From: Alphaproteobacteria bacterium
Lineage (GTDB): Bacteria > Pseudomonadota > Alphaproteobacteria > Bin95
Length of the DNA: 64,000 nt
Direction of reading: 5' to 3'
Assembly (NCBI GenBank): GCA_964291285.2
Contig: OZ219787.1
Span: forward strand, 1,312,001-1,376,000
In this document: positions 50,002-59,825 of the stretch, in pieces
How positions within the stretch are numbered: position 1 is the first letter of the stretch
Layout: the number at the start of each line of letters is the position of its first letter
Notes under the pieces: generated by a model
Told to the model about the DNA's origin: nothing
The model's input: only the letters and a program-made list of their open reading frames with translations
The model's database searches: none
Made by a program: the position numbers and the translations under genes

Positions 50002-50418
50002 TCAGCCGGGCGCCTCGGCGAGCAGTTTCGAGGCGATCTGGATGTATTTCCGCCCGGCCTCTTCCGCATCCGCGACGGCCTCGGCGAGCGTCTTGTGCTG
50101 GCGGCAGGTCGCGAGCTTGACCAGCATCGGCAGGTTGACGCCTGCGATCACCTCGACCTCGCCCCTGTTGGACGCGCCCAGCACGGAGATGGCGAGATTG
50201 GAGGGTGTGCCGCCGAACATGTCCGTCAGCAGGACGACGCCATCCCCCGAATTGAGCGTCTTTGCGACCTGCGCGATCTCCACGCGGCGGTCCTCCATGT
50301 CGTCGTCGGGGCCGATGCACACGGCCGAGACCTGCTCCTGAGGCCCGACGACATGCTCAAGCGCCGCGAGCAGTTCGGCGGCGAGGCGGCCATGCGTTAC
50401 GAGCGCCAGGCCGATCAT
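50002..50418 (-). CDS. manX: PTS EIIA, mannose/fructose type
   Basis: VTHGRLA, TDMFGGTPSN, GVNLPML. Confidence 0.92.
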   Translation of the reverse strand: MIGLALVTHGRLAAELLAALEHVVGPQEQVSAVCIGPDDDMEDRRVEIAQVAKTLNSGDGVVLLTDMFGGTPSNLAISVLGASNRGEVEVIAGVNLPMLVKLATCRQHKTLAEAVADAEEAGRKYIQIASKLLAEAPG

Positions 50419-51353
50419 GGGCTGTTCTCCGTTTCCAATGCGACGGCCTGGTCCGCCGCCGTCTCCAGACAGTCCTGCCCGGATGCCGGTTCCGCTTCGA
50501 GGTCGCGGTGGGTCAGCGTGGCCCGCCAGCCCCGTTCGCGCAACAGCCGCGCAAGCTCCTCGGCCGTGAAGACCGAGCGGTGGCGGCCGCCGGTGCAGCC
50601 GATCGCTATCGTCAGATAGGCGCGGCCTTCCTTCGCATAGCGGGGCAGCAGCGTCCGGAGCAGCGTGCCGACGCTTTCGAGGAATGAGGCAAAGTCCGGG
50701 TCCTTCGCGATATGGGCGCCGACTTTCTCGTCGCGCCCGGTCAAGGGCCGCAGGTCTTCCATGTAGTGGGGGTTGGACAGGAAGCGCATGTCGAACACGA
50801 GGTCGGCCTCGCGCGGCAGGCCAAGGCGGAAGGAGAAGGAGGTGACGAAGATCGACATGCCTTCCTGCGGGTCGGATGTGAAATGCGCCCGCAGCAGGCG
50901 GCGAAGGTCGTGGACGTTCAGCAGCGAGGTGTCGATGACGATATCGGCCGCGCGGCGCAGCGGCTCCAGCAGCCGGCGCTCCCGCTCGATGCCGGTGACG
51001 GGACTGCCGTCCGGCGCCATCGGGTGGCGCCGGCGCGTCTCGCGGTAGCGGCGCGTCAGCGTTTCCTCGTCGGCATGCAGGAATACCGGCACGACATCGA
51101 AGCGGGCCGCCGCGTCCGTCATGCGTTCCAGCACGCCCTCGACGGCGAAGTCGCGGGCGCGTGTGTCGATCCCGACGGCCAGCGGACGGCCCGACGGGTC
51201 GGCATCGATGCCGTTCAGCATCGCCAGCGGAATGTTGTCGATCGCCTCGAACCCGAGATCCTCGAGTTCCTTCAATGCGACGGACCGCCCGGCTCCGGAC
51301 ATGCCGGTCACCAGGACGAGGCGCCTCAGCATGGATTCACTACGGGTCGTCAT
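50415..51353 (-). CDS. rapZ: RNase adapter RapZ
   Basis: TGMSGAGRS, ETRRRHP, FDMRFLSNP, GCTGGRHRSV. Confidence 0.93.
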   Translation of the reverse strand: MTTRSESMLRRLVLVTGMSGAGRSVALKELEDLGFEAIDNIPLAMLNGIDADPSGRPLAVGIDTRARDFAVEGVLERMTDAAARFDVVPVFLHADEETLTRRYRETRRRHPMAPDGSPVTGIERERRLLEPLRRAADIVIDTSLLNVHDLRRLLRAHFTSDPQEGMSIFVTSFSFRLGLPREADLVFDMRFLSNPHYMEDLRPLTGRDEKVGAHIAKDPDFASFLESVGTLLRTLLPRYAKEGRAYLTIAIGCTGGRHRSVFTAEELARLLRERGWRATLTHRDLEAEPASGQDCLETAADQAVALETENSP

Positions 51354-51366
51354 GTTTGTCCGAAAG

Positions 51367-51786
51367 TCATGCCGCGCCTTTATCCCCCGATGCCATATGC
51401 GCGGCAAGCCGCAGTTTGACCGCCGCGGAAATCTCGAACGGCGCCAACCGGATACGCCTCACCGGCAAGCCCAGAACCGGCTCGAAACAGGGCTCGGGCA
51501 TCCGTTCGGGCGCAGCCAGGTCCGCGATCAGGAGGAGCGGCGCGCCGTCCAGCGCCGGCAGGCGGACGATCCCGACGCCGCGCACTTCCAGCCTGCCGCC
51601 GGCCTGCGGCAACGGGCTGGCCCAGACCCGGCCGCCTCGCAGCCCGAGCACGACGAGATCGTCGGCGACAAGCTCCGCCCCGGCCTCCACCGCCCGGAGC
51701 GCGAGGTCGGATTTCCCGGACCCGGAAGGTCCGCGCAGCAGCACGCCCCGGCCCTCGAAGGCGATGCAGCTCGCATGGACCTGCAT
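51367..51786 (-). CDS. hprK: HPr kinase/phosphorylase (short alphaproteobacterial form)
   Basis: HASC, GPSGSGKSDLAL, VADD, LEVRGVGI. Confidence 0.92.
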   Translation of the reverse strand: MQVHASCIAFEGRGVLLRGPSGSGKSDLALRAVEAGAELVADDLVVLGLRGGRVWASPLPQAGGRLEVRGVGIVRLPALDGAPLLLIADLAAPERMPEPCFEPVLGLPVRRIRLAPFEISAAVKLRLAAHMASGDKGAA

Positions 51787-53414
51787 CAGGCCTCCGCCGC
51801 CGGTACGCGAAGCTCGAAGCATGCGCCCAGAACGCCGCCGTCCGCGCCCGGCCGGTTGGACGCTGCAATGCTTCCGCCATGAAGCCTGGCGATATCGCGG
51901 GAAATGGCGAGGCCGAGGCCCGAATGTCTTTCCCCGCGTCCTCCGGCGTCGGGCCGGTCGGTGTAGAAGCGGTCGAAGATCGTCTCCTCCTTGCCTGCCT
52001 GGATGCCCGGGCCGTCGTCGTCCACCCGAAGGACCACCTCGTCCCCCCGCCGTGCGAGGAACAGCCTCACACTCCCCGCCGCCGGGGAGAACGACCGGGC
52101 GTTGTCGATCAGGTTGCGGACGACCCGCACAAGCTGGTCTTCGAGGCCGCGGACGATGAACGGCTCCTCCGTTTCAACCGTCAATACCGGACGCGGCGGG
52201 CTCTCCGCATCGATACAGGCCTCCACGGCCCGGCGCATGTCGACCGGGTCCGATTCCGCGCGGGAAAACTGCGCGCCGAGGCTGGAGAAGTCCGCCACGC
52301 TGTCGATCAACCGGTTCAGCCGCCTGACATCGTCCAGGACGATCCGCATCAGCTTGCGCCTCTTGCCCGGATCGTCCTCGCGTATCGCCGTCTCGGCCGC
52401 GCTGTAGGTGGACGCGAGCGGCGTCCTGAGTTCATGGCTGACATCGGCCGCGAACTTCTCGGTCTCCTCCATGCCTTCCCAAAGCGCGCCCGTCATCCGG
52501 CGCAGCGCAGCGGAGAGGTCGCCGATTTCATCATTGCGCCCGCTCAGGTCCTGTATATCGACCCGTCCGTAGCCGGGACGCACACGCTCGGCCGTCGCCG
52601 CCAGGTCCCTGAGCGGCTTCGCAATGGCGCGCGCCATGTAGAGGGTGAGCAGGACGGTCACGACCAGCGCCACCCCGGCGGCCGACAGGATTTGCAGCCG
52701 GATCTCGCTTACGGCCTCGTCGATGGCGCGGCCGTCCGCGGAGACCATGGCGGCGCCCACCACGCGCTTGAAGTCCCGGATCGGCAGGGCGACGCTCAGC
52801 ACCAGGCCCCTCGCGCCGAGCGAGCGGACGACCTGTTCCGTGTCTCCGCGCAGCGCCCCTTCGACCTCGCGATAGTCGGAAGCCTTCTGTTCCGCGCTTT
52901 CCCGATAGGGCTCGATGGTCTCGATTTCGCGGAAAGCCAGGTCGAAAAGCCCGAGCAGCCAGCGCAGGGCTGCCTGGAACATGTCCGCCCCGCCCGCCGG
53001 GGGCAGGGGCTCGCTCTCCACCGCGGGCCCGAAGCCGGCAAACCGCCGGCTGTCCAGCCGGATGGTTCCGTCCGGTCCGAACACCCGCACCCGCATCCGC
53101 ACCCGGAGGCTGGATTCTTCGATGAGCCGTCTCAGCAGGGGTTCGGCGCTCTTCGCGTCGAGGGCCGGTTCGCCGTCGGCCAGAAGTTCGATGGAGGCGT
53201 GGCCGAGGGCGACCGCGATGGTCCGGCCCTTGGCCTCCACCAGCCGCAACTCGGTTTCGATCAGTTCGCGCTTGTAGCCGCCGAGGTAGAGCAGGCTCGC
53301 AGCCAGGATGACGAGCGCCAGCAGGTTCACCGCCAGAAGGCGGCGCATCAGCGGCGAGCGGTACCACCGCCGCGCGCCGCGCCGCACCGCCGGACGGCTG
53401 CCTCGCCGGGCCAT
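51786..53414 (-). CDS. chvG: Sensor histidine kinase ChvG/ExoS
   Basis: Two TMs, HAMP, ADVSHELRTPL, NLIDNARSFSP, FYTDRP, SGLGLAIS; synteny. Confidence 0.9.
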   Translation of the reverse strand: MARRGSRPAVRRGARRWYRSPLMRRLLAVNLLALVILAASLLYLGGYKRELIETELRLVEAKGRTIAVALGHASIELLADGEPALDAKSAEPLLRRLIEESSLRVRMRVRVFGPDGTIRLDSRRFAGFGPAVESEPLPPAGGADMFQAALRWLLGLFDLAFREIETIEPYRESAEQKASDYREVEGALRGDTEQVVRSLGARGLVLSVALPIRDFKRVVGAAMVSADGRAIDEAVSEIRLQILSAAGVALVVTVLLTLYMARAIAKPLRDLAATAERVRPGYGRVDIQDLSGRNDEIGDLSAALRRMTGALWEGMEETEKFAADVSHELRTPLASTYSAAETAIREDDPGKRRKLMRIVLDDVRRLNRLIDSVADFSSLGAQFSRAESDPVDMRRAVEACIDAESPPRPVLTVETEEPFIVRGLEDQLVRVVRNLIDNARSFSPAAGSVRLFLARRGDEVVLRVDDDGPGIQAGKEETIFDRFYTDRPDAGGRGERHSGLGLAISRDIARLHGGSIAASNRPGADGGVLGACFELRVPAAEA

Positions 53415-53421
53415 CGCCCGG

Positions 53422-54111
53422 CTATGACGGGCGGTAGCGGTATCCGCCGCCGTAGAGGGTCTCGATGGACGAGAAATCCGGGTCTACAGCACGGAATTTG
53501 CGCCGCATCCGCTTGATATGGCTGTCGATGACCCGGTCGTTGGCCATGGCGTCGGCGCCATAGGCGGCGGTCATCAACTGGTCCCGCGTCTTCACATAGC
53601 CTGCCCTGTAGGCCAGCGCCTGCAGGATCAGCAGTTCGGTGACCGTGAGCTTTACCGGTTCGCCCTTCCAGGTGCAGAGATAGCGGTCCTGGTCGACGGC
53701 GAGGTCGCCGCGCACCAGCACATCCCGGACTCCGCGGTCCCGCTCCAGTTCCTTGCGGCGCAGCAGGGCGCGGATGCGGGCGATCAGCAGGCGTTGCGAG
53801 AACGGCTTCTTGATGTAGTCGTCGGCCCCCATGTTCAGCCCGAGTTCCTCGTCCCGCTCCTCCACCTTGGTGGTGAGGAAGATCACGGGGAGCACGGACT
53901 TGGCGCGCAGGCGCTGGAGCAGTTCCATGCCGTCCATGCGAGGCATCTTGATGTCGAGAACCGCGAGATCGACGCCGTTGTTCCGCAGGGCCTGCCAGGC
54001 CTGTTCGCCGTCCACATAGCTCCGGACATCGAACCCTTCGGCTTCGAGGGCCATCGTGACGGAGGTGAGGATATTCCGGTCATCGTCAACGAGGGCGATC
54101 GTGTGTTTCAT
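53422..54111 (-). CDS. chvI: Response regulator ChvI
   Basis: [39 protein letters not shown]. Confidence 0.93.
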   Translation of the reverse strand: MKHTIALVDDDRNILTSVTMALEAEGFDVRSYVDGEQAWQALRNNGVDLAVLDIKMPRMDGMELLQRLRAKSVLPVIFLTTKVEERDEELGLNMGADDYIKKPFSQRLLIARIRALLRRKELERDRGVRDVLVRGDLAVDQDRYLCTWKGEPVKLTVTELLILQALAYRAGYVKTRDQLMTAAYGADAMANDRVIDSHIKRMRRKFRAVDPDFSSIETLYGGGYRYRPS

Positions 54112-54315
54112 GGACCTTGGATCCTCCCGCGAACATGCGCCTTCCGAAGCATAGAGCCTCCGCTCTCAATATGGCGGAATTCCGGCGAATGGCGCATGAA
54201 ATCCGCGTAATGTTGCCATCGGCGCGTCATGACGGCGCATTGCACGGGCCATGCCGCTTGCATAGAAGTCAAGCGAACCGTTCCGGCGCCCCGAACCCGC
54301 GACTCGAGGCCTTTA

Positions 54316-55887
54316 TTGTCCTCTGACAAACGCCTGGCCGCAATCGGCATCACCGACCCCGGCACGCTGCACTGGAACGCCGGCCGCGAATCCCTGGTCG
54401 AGTCGGCGGTGCGCGCCCGCGAGGGCCTGCTGGCGGCAGGTGGCGCCCTGGTCTGCGAGACGGGCGCGTTCACCGGCCGGTCGCCGGACGACAAGTTCTT
54501 CGTCCGCGATGCGGCCACGGACAAGGGCATCGACTGGGGCGACGTCAACCGGGAGATGGCGCCGGAGAATTTCGCGACGCTCCGCCGCCGGATGCTGGAC
54601 CATCTGCAGGGCCGCGAGCTTTTCGTGCAGGACTGCGATGCGGGCGCGGACCCCGCCCACCGGCTTGCGGTGCGCGTGGTGACGGAGCAGGCATGGCACA
54701 GCCTGTTCGCCCGCAACATCTTCCTGCGGCCTTCCGGGCCGTCCGGCGGCGATCCGGAATGGACCATCCTCCATGCGCCGAGCTTCCAGGCAGACCCCGA
54801 AACCGATGGCTGCCGGTCCTCGACGGTCATCGCCATCGGCTTCTCGGAGAAACTGATCCTGATCGGGGGGACCTACTATGCCGGCGAAATCAAGAAATCC
54901 GTCTTCACGCTGCTGAACTATCTGCTGCCGCCCGAGGGCGTGATGCCGATGCACTGTTCGGCGAATATCGGGCCCGAAGGATCAGCTGTGTTTTTCGGCC
55001 TGTCCGGCACCGGCAAGACAACGCTGTCCGCCGACCCCGGGCGCGATCTGATCGGCGATGACGAACATGGCTGGTCGGACGGCGGCATCTTCAATTTCGA
55101 GGGCGGCTGCTATGCGAAGGTCATCGATCTCAACCGGGATGCCGAACCGGAGATCCATGCCGCGAGCCACCGTTTCGGGACGGTGCTGGAGAATGTCGCC
55201 ATCGATCCCGACACAAGGCTGCTGGACCTTGTCGACCGCCGGGTGACGGAAAACACCCGGTCCTGCTATCCGCTGGAATTCATCCCCAATGCCTGCCCGG
55301 ACGGGCTCGGGCCGCCGCCGAAGAACATCGTCATGCTGACGGCGGATGCCTTCGGCGTCCTGCCGCCGATCTCCCGGCTGACGACCGAGCAGGCGATGTA
55401 CCATTTCCTCTCCGGCTATACCGCCAAGGTCGCCGGCACGGAGCGCGGCCTCGGCAGCGAGCCGGTCGCCACCTTCTCCACCTGTTTCGGCGCCCCGTTC
55501 ATGGCCAGGAAACCGTCCGTCTATGCCGGGTTGCTCGGGAAGCGGGTCGCCGAGCGCAGGGTCAATTGCTGGCTGGTGAACACCGGCTGGAACGGCAGGG
55601 GCGAGCGGATGTCCATTGCGCACACCCGCGCCATGGTCAACGCCGCCCTGGGCGGCGCGCTGGACGGGGTGGAGACCGCCCGGCATCCGGTGTTCGGCCT
55701 GCACTGGCCGACCGCCTGCCCCGATGTGCCGCCCGAAGCCCTCGACCCGCGCACGAGCTGGCAGGACAGGGACGCATACGATGCGCGCGCCTCCGCCCTC
55801 GCGCGGGACTTCGAAAGCAACTTCAGGCGCTTCGAGCCGGATGTTTCCGAAAAGGTCAGGGACGCCGCCATCCGCGCTCCCGGCTGA
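54316..55887 (+). CDS. pckA: Phosphoenolpyruvate carboxykinase (ATP)
   Basis: TGRSP, YAGEIKKS, MHCSAN, GLSGTGKTT, IGDDEHGW, NFEGGCYAK; TTG start inferred. Confidence 0.96.
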   Translation: MSSDKRLAAIGITDPGTLHWNAGRESLVESAVRAREGLLAAGGALVCETGAFTGRSPDDKFFVRDAATDKGIDWGDVNREMAPENFATLRRRMLDHLQGRELFVQDCDAGADPAHRLAVRVVTEQAWHSLFARNIFLRPSGPSGGDPEWTILHAPSFQADPETDGCRSSTVIAIGFSEKLILIGGTYYAGEIKKSVFTLLNYLLPPEGVMPMHCSANIGPEGSAVFFGLSGTGKTTLSADPGRDLIGDDEHGWSDGGIFNFEGGCYAKVIDLNRDAEPEIHAASHRFGTVLENVAIDPDTRLLDLVDRRVTENTRSCYPLEFIPNACPDGLGPPPKNIVMLTADAFGVLPPISRLTTEQAMYHFLSGYTAKVAGTERGLGSEPVATFSTCFGAPFMARKPSVYAGLLGKRVAERRVNCWLVNTGWNGRGERMSIAHTRAMVNAALGGALDGVETARHPVFGLHWPTACPDVPPEALDPRTSWQDRDAYDARASALARDFESNFRRFEPDVSEKVRDAAIRAPG

Positions 55888-55932
55888 TTCCGGCGAGACA
55901 GGCGCGGAACGATGCGCTAGCGTGACCGCGCC

Positions 55933-57297
55933 ATGACGAAACAGCTTACCCTGGTCGTGAAGCGGGACTGCCCGACCTGCACCCTGCTGGAGCCGGTCTA
56001 TGCCGAGCTTGCGGCGTCCGGGATCGCGCTCGATGTCTGGACGCAGGACGATCCCGCTTTCCCGGAAAGCGTGTCCGGCGTGCTCGACGAAGGGCTGGAG
56101 CGTTCCTTCCGGCTCGGCGTGGAGATCGTGCCGACCCTGATCCGGCGCGAGGACGGCGAGGAGACGGAGCGCACCTGGGGCTGGGACCGCGCCGAGTGGG
56201 AGCGCCTGACCGGCCTCGCAGGGCTGGGCGCAGGCCTGCCGCCCTTCAGGCCGGGCTGCGGGGCGAAGAATGTCGAGCCTGGAATGCCGGAGGCGCTGGC
56301 GGCGCGCTTCGGCTCGGCGCGGCTCAAGTCCCGCCGGGTTCCTCTCGCGCCGCTGGAGGACGAGGTCGAGGCGGCTTACGACCGCGGCTGGTCGGACGGC
56401 CTGCCCGTCGTGCCGCCGACCGAGGCGCGCGTGCTCGCCATGCTCGACGGCACGACCCGCGATCCGGGCGAGGTACTGGGCCTCGCGCCGCCCAACCTCC
56501 AGCCCTGCACGGTCGAGAAGGTGGCGGTCAACGCGGTCATGGCGGGCTGCAAGCCGGAATATCTGCCCGTCGTGCTGGCGGCCGTCGAGGCGGCGCTGGA
56601 CGATGCCTTCTGCATGCACGGCGTGCTCGCGACGACCTACTATATCGGCCCCATCGTCATCGTGAACGGCCCGGTGCGCCGCGCCGTCGGCATGAACGCG
56701 AAGGGGAACGTCCTCGGACAGGGCAACCGCGCCAACGCCACCATCGGGCGCGCGCTCCAGCTCGTCGTGCGCAATGTCGGCGGCGGCAAGCCGCAGGGCG
56801 TGGACCGGGCCGCACTCGGCAATCCCGGCAAATACACCTTCTGCTTCCCCGAGGACGAGGAGGGCTCCGCCTGGCCGCCGCTCTCCGAGAGCCGGGGCGC
56901 GGGCAAGGGGGCCTCGGCGGTCACGCTCTTTGCCGGCTACGGCGTGATGGGCGTGGTGGACCAGGATTCGCGCACGCCCGAGGCCCTGGTGGAAACCTTC
57001 GCCGACGTGTTCCGGGGCCTCGAGAACCGCAACCGGCGCAATATCGACGCGGTGGTCGTCGTGTCGCCGGAGCATGACCGCGTGTTCCGGGACGGCGGCT
57101 GGTCGCGCGAGGACCTGGAGGCCGCGCTCCGCGCCGCGCTCGACGAGCCGGGGCACGCCACGCCCAAGCTGCGCGACGGCGGCCTCTTGATCGTCCGCGC
57201 CGGCGGCGGCGCGGGCATGTTCTCCGCCATTCTACCCGGCTGGGCCGCCACCGGCCCGGTCGGCAGCATTCCGGTAACGAAGGAGGTAGGAACGTGA
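55933..57297 (+). CDS. Thioredoxin-fold (CPTC) fusion protein, partner of UGSC selenoprotein
   Basis: KRDCPTC, PGCGA, GWSDGLPVVPPT, NAVMAGC, RANATIGRA. Confidence 0.8.
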   Translation: MTKQLTLVVKRDCPTCTLLEPVYAELAASGIALDVWTQDDPAFPESVSGVLDEGLERSFRLGVEIVPTLIRREDGEETERTWGWDRAEWERLTGLAGLGAGLPPFRPGCGAKNVEPGMPEALAARFGSARLKSRRVPLAPLEDEVEAAYDRGWSDGLPVVPPTEARVLAMLDGTTRDPGEVLGLAPPNLQPCTVEKVAVNAVMAGCKPEYLPVVLAAVEAALDDAFCMHGVLATTYYIGPIVIVNGPVRRAVGMNAKGNVLGQGNRANATIGRALQLVVRNVGGGKPQGVDRAALGNPGKYTFCFPEDEEGSAWPPLSESRGAGKGASAVTLFAGYGVMGVVDQDSRTPEALVETFADVFRGLENRNRRNIDAVVVVSPEHDRVFRDGGWSREDLEAALRAALDEPGHATPKLRDGGLLIVRAGGGAGMFSAILPGWAATGPVGSIPVTKEVGT

Positions 57298-57815
57298 GAA
57301 ACGCACCAGTGCTGGTCGATCCGACCGGCGAGGTCGAGCCGGCGCGGCGCGAGCCGCTCGCCCGGCCGGCCTCGCTGGACGGCAGGACCGTGGCCCTGCT
57401 CGACATTTCCAAGGCGCGCGGCGACGTCTTTCTGGACCGCCTGCATATGCGCCTGGACGAGCGGGGCATCGAAGTGAAGCGCTACATGAAGCCGACCTTC
57501 GCGCGCATCGCCCCGATCGGCGTGAAGCAGCAGATCGCTTCCGAGGCCGCCCTCGTTGTCGAAGGGCTGGCCGACTGAGGCTCCTGCACATCGTGCTGTA
57601 CGCATGATATCGCAGACCTGGAAGCGAGGGGCGTCCCCGGCGTGGGCGTGGCGACCACGGAGTTCGTGGAGGCCTGGCAGGCGCAGTCCGCCGCGCTCGG
57701 CTACGAGCCGCCCATGATTTTCGTCCCGCACCCGATCCAGGACCGCACCGACGCCGAAATCCAGGCGCTGGCAGACGCCGCCGTCGACGAAATCGTAAGC
57801 CGCCTTACCGCCTGA
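57294..57815 (+). CDS. UGSC-family selenoprotein (TGA 57576-57578 read as Sec)
   Basis: LAD-TGA-GSCTSC; frame stays open for 78 more codons (HD...LE.RGVP...HPIQDRT). Confidence 0.85.
57590..57608 (+). promoter_or_regulatory. Bacterial SECIS-like hairpin
   Basis: Stem ATCGTGC/GCATGAT with loop TGTAC containing GU, starting 11 nt after the UGA. Confidence 0.6.
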
Positions 57816-57982
57816 GGCCGGGCTGCCCGGCGGGGCGCCCGCTGGCCCGGTCATGCCGCGAGAGTCCAGGCTGGGCCCCGGATCGCTGCTGGCGCGCCGT
57901 CCGGGGCGACGGTTGGGGGATGCAAGGCAATGCCGCCGGACGGAAACATGCGTATCCGGTGGACAGGTGATGGTGCAGTGAT

Positions 57983-58490
57983 TTGTTCTGGAGAAATCTG
58001 GTAATAATCCCTTTACAGGGGTTGCATTTTTAGAAATTATGATATGATAGGTCCGAGGGAAGAGGCATCCGGAGCCGCTTCCTGCCCGTGCCGGCCCGGT
58101 GCGGAACGACCCCGATTCAGCCGACAGGCGAAGTGCGTCCTGTGCCTGCCTCGCGTGCGCGCAATCAGGCGCGCGAACCGCGCCGGCGCCGACACGCGCC
58201 CGCGCCGGCACAGGCGCGCGCAGGATACGCGCGAATTGGGGTCCCGCCGCTCGGGCAACCGGGCGGCGGGAAGAACGGAACGACGACGGATCGAGAGGAG
58301 AGACCGATGCCGAAGATGCAGAACCCGGGAAACGGGATGGAATACCCGGAGCCATCGCCCGAAACGACCACTTCATGCACCAACCGGCTATGGGGTATGC
58401 GTCTTTCGCATGCAGAACATGACATCCCATGACATATCGCGCGGTATCCCGCAGCTCCGCATGACAAAACATGACATATCATGACACATC
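57983..58490 (+). repeat. CATGACA-array element, copy D (complete)
   Basis: AT-rich promoter-like head, GC-rich leader, GAGGAG, micro-ORF 58307-58432, heptamers at 58418, 58428, 58460, 58470, 58480. Confidence 0.85.
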
Positions 58491-58491
58491 G

Positions 58492-58510
58492 CTGGAGTGG
58501 GCCCCTTGGG
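58492..58510 (+). mobile_element. Solo IS3 terminal-repeat remnant
   Basis: CTGGAGTGGGCCCCTTGGG is identical to 3019-3037. Confidence 0.65.
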
Positions 58511-58598
58511 CCGGGCGGCTGTCGGCGCGCTGCAAGTGGGCATGCGGGGCCGTCCGGGGTAAAGTCGGCCGGTGCGGCACGGATGCGGGGGGTCCTGC

Positions 58599-59825
58599 GT
58601 GACGGAACGATTGCCTTTCGACGGCCTCAGGGTCATCGACTTCACGCATGTGATCGCGGGGCCGCTGGCGACCTTCCAGCTTGCGATGCTGGGCGCGGAT
58701 GTCGTGAAGGTCGAGCCGCCGGGCCGCGGCGACCAGCTGCGGCGCATGGGCGGCGAGCCGGACCGCGCCGGGGACGGCCTCGGCACGGCCTTCCTCGCCA
58801 TCAATTCCGGCAAGCGCTCGCTGGCGCTCGACCTGAAGCGGCCCGAGGGACGCGATACGGCGCTGCGCCTGATCGCCGGGGCCGATGTCGTGGCGGAGAA
58901 CTTCCGCCCCGGTGTGATGGAGCGGCTCGGCCTCGGGGCGGACGCGGTGCGGGCGCTGAACCCCCGCGCGGTCTATTGCTCGCTCTCCGGATACGGCCGC
59001 CACCCCGACTGGGCCTGGCGGCCGGCCTACGACCATATCGTGCAGGGCGTGGCGGGCGCGATGTGGACCCAGGGCGGCGAGGGCGACCCGCCGATCAAGA
59101 TCGGCTTCCCGATGGCCGATACGGCGGCGGGCTATGCCGCCTTCACGGCGGTCTGCGTCGCGCTGATCGAGCGGAATGCGACGGGCCGGGGCCGGCATGT
59201 CGATGTGTCGATGACCGCGGCAACGCTCGCCATGATGGCGACGCCCGTCCACGGCTTCCTCGGCGCCGGCCAACCGCCGGCGCGGATCGGCAACACGGCC
59301 TTCTCCGGCTCGCCCGCGTCCGGCACCTACGAGACGGCCGATGCGGCGGTGGTGCTGACCGCAAACACGGAGGCGCAGTTCCGGGGCCTTTGCGGAGCGC
59401 TCGGGCTGGAGGGGCTCGAGACGGCGTCGGACCCGATCGCCTGGCGGGACCCGGCGGTGGACCTCTCCCATGTGCGGAGCGCCATCGCGGACTGCCTCAG
59501 GCGGCGGGACGCCGCGCATTGGGAGCGGGTGCTGAACGAGGCGGGCGTGCCCACGGGCAAGGTGCGCACCGTGCCTGAGGCGCTGGCGGAAGCGTGCATC
59601 GCCGAGCGGGGCTTCGTTTCGGCGGTACCGGATCCGGGGCGGCCGGGCGAGGACATCCGGGTCCACGGCACGCCCTATGCCTTCGACGGCAAGACGCCGT
59701 CGCCCTCGGCTCCGGCGCCGCATCTGGGCGAGCATTCGCGCGCCCTGCTCGCGGAGGCGGGACTCGCGGGGAACGAGATCGACGCCCTGCTGGAGGCGGG
59801 TGTCGTGGAAGAGAGGCGGGCATGA
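58599..59825 (+). CDS. Family III CoA-transferase (CaiB/BaiF)
   Basis: HVIAGP, GADVVKVEPP, NSGKRSLALDLK, ENFRPG, AYD. Confidence 0.92.
   Translation: MTERLPFDGLRVIDFTHVIAGPLATFQLAMLGADVVKVEPPGRGDQLRRMGGEPDRAGDGLGTAFLAINSGKRSLALDLKRPEGRDTALRLIAGADVVAENFRPGVMERLGLGADAVRALNPRAVYCSLSGYGRHPDWAWRPAYDHIVQGVAGAMWTQGGEGDPPIKIGFPMADTAAGYAAFTAVCVALIERNATGRGRHVDVSMTAATLAMMATPVHGFLGAGQPPARIGNTAFSGSPASGTYETADAAVVLTANTEAQFRGLCGALGLEGLETASDPIAWRDPAVDLSHVRSAIADCLRRRDAAHWERVLNEAGVPTGKVRTVPEALAEACIAERGFVSAVPDPGRPGEDIRVHGTPYAFDGKTPSPSAPAPHLGEHSRALLAEAGLAGNEIDALLEAGVVEERRA

Noticed and set aside
48270-55887. ahcY-PTS-rapZ-hprK-chvGI-pckA cluster as a novelty
   Set aside because: A well-known conserved alphaproteobacterial locus.
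54982-57156. 724-aa minus-strand ORF and similar long antisense ORFs (4586-6403, 16143-18422, 28062-30242)
   Set aside because: Antisense shadows of well-supported genes, caused by high GC3.
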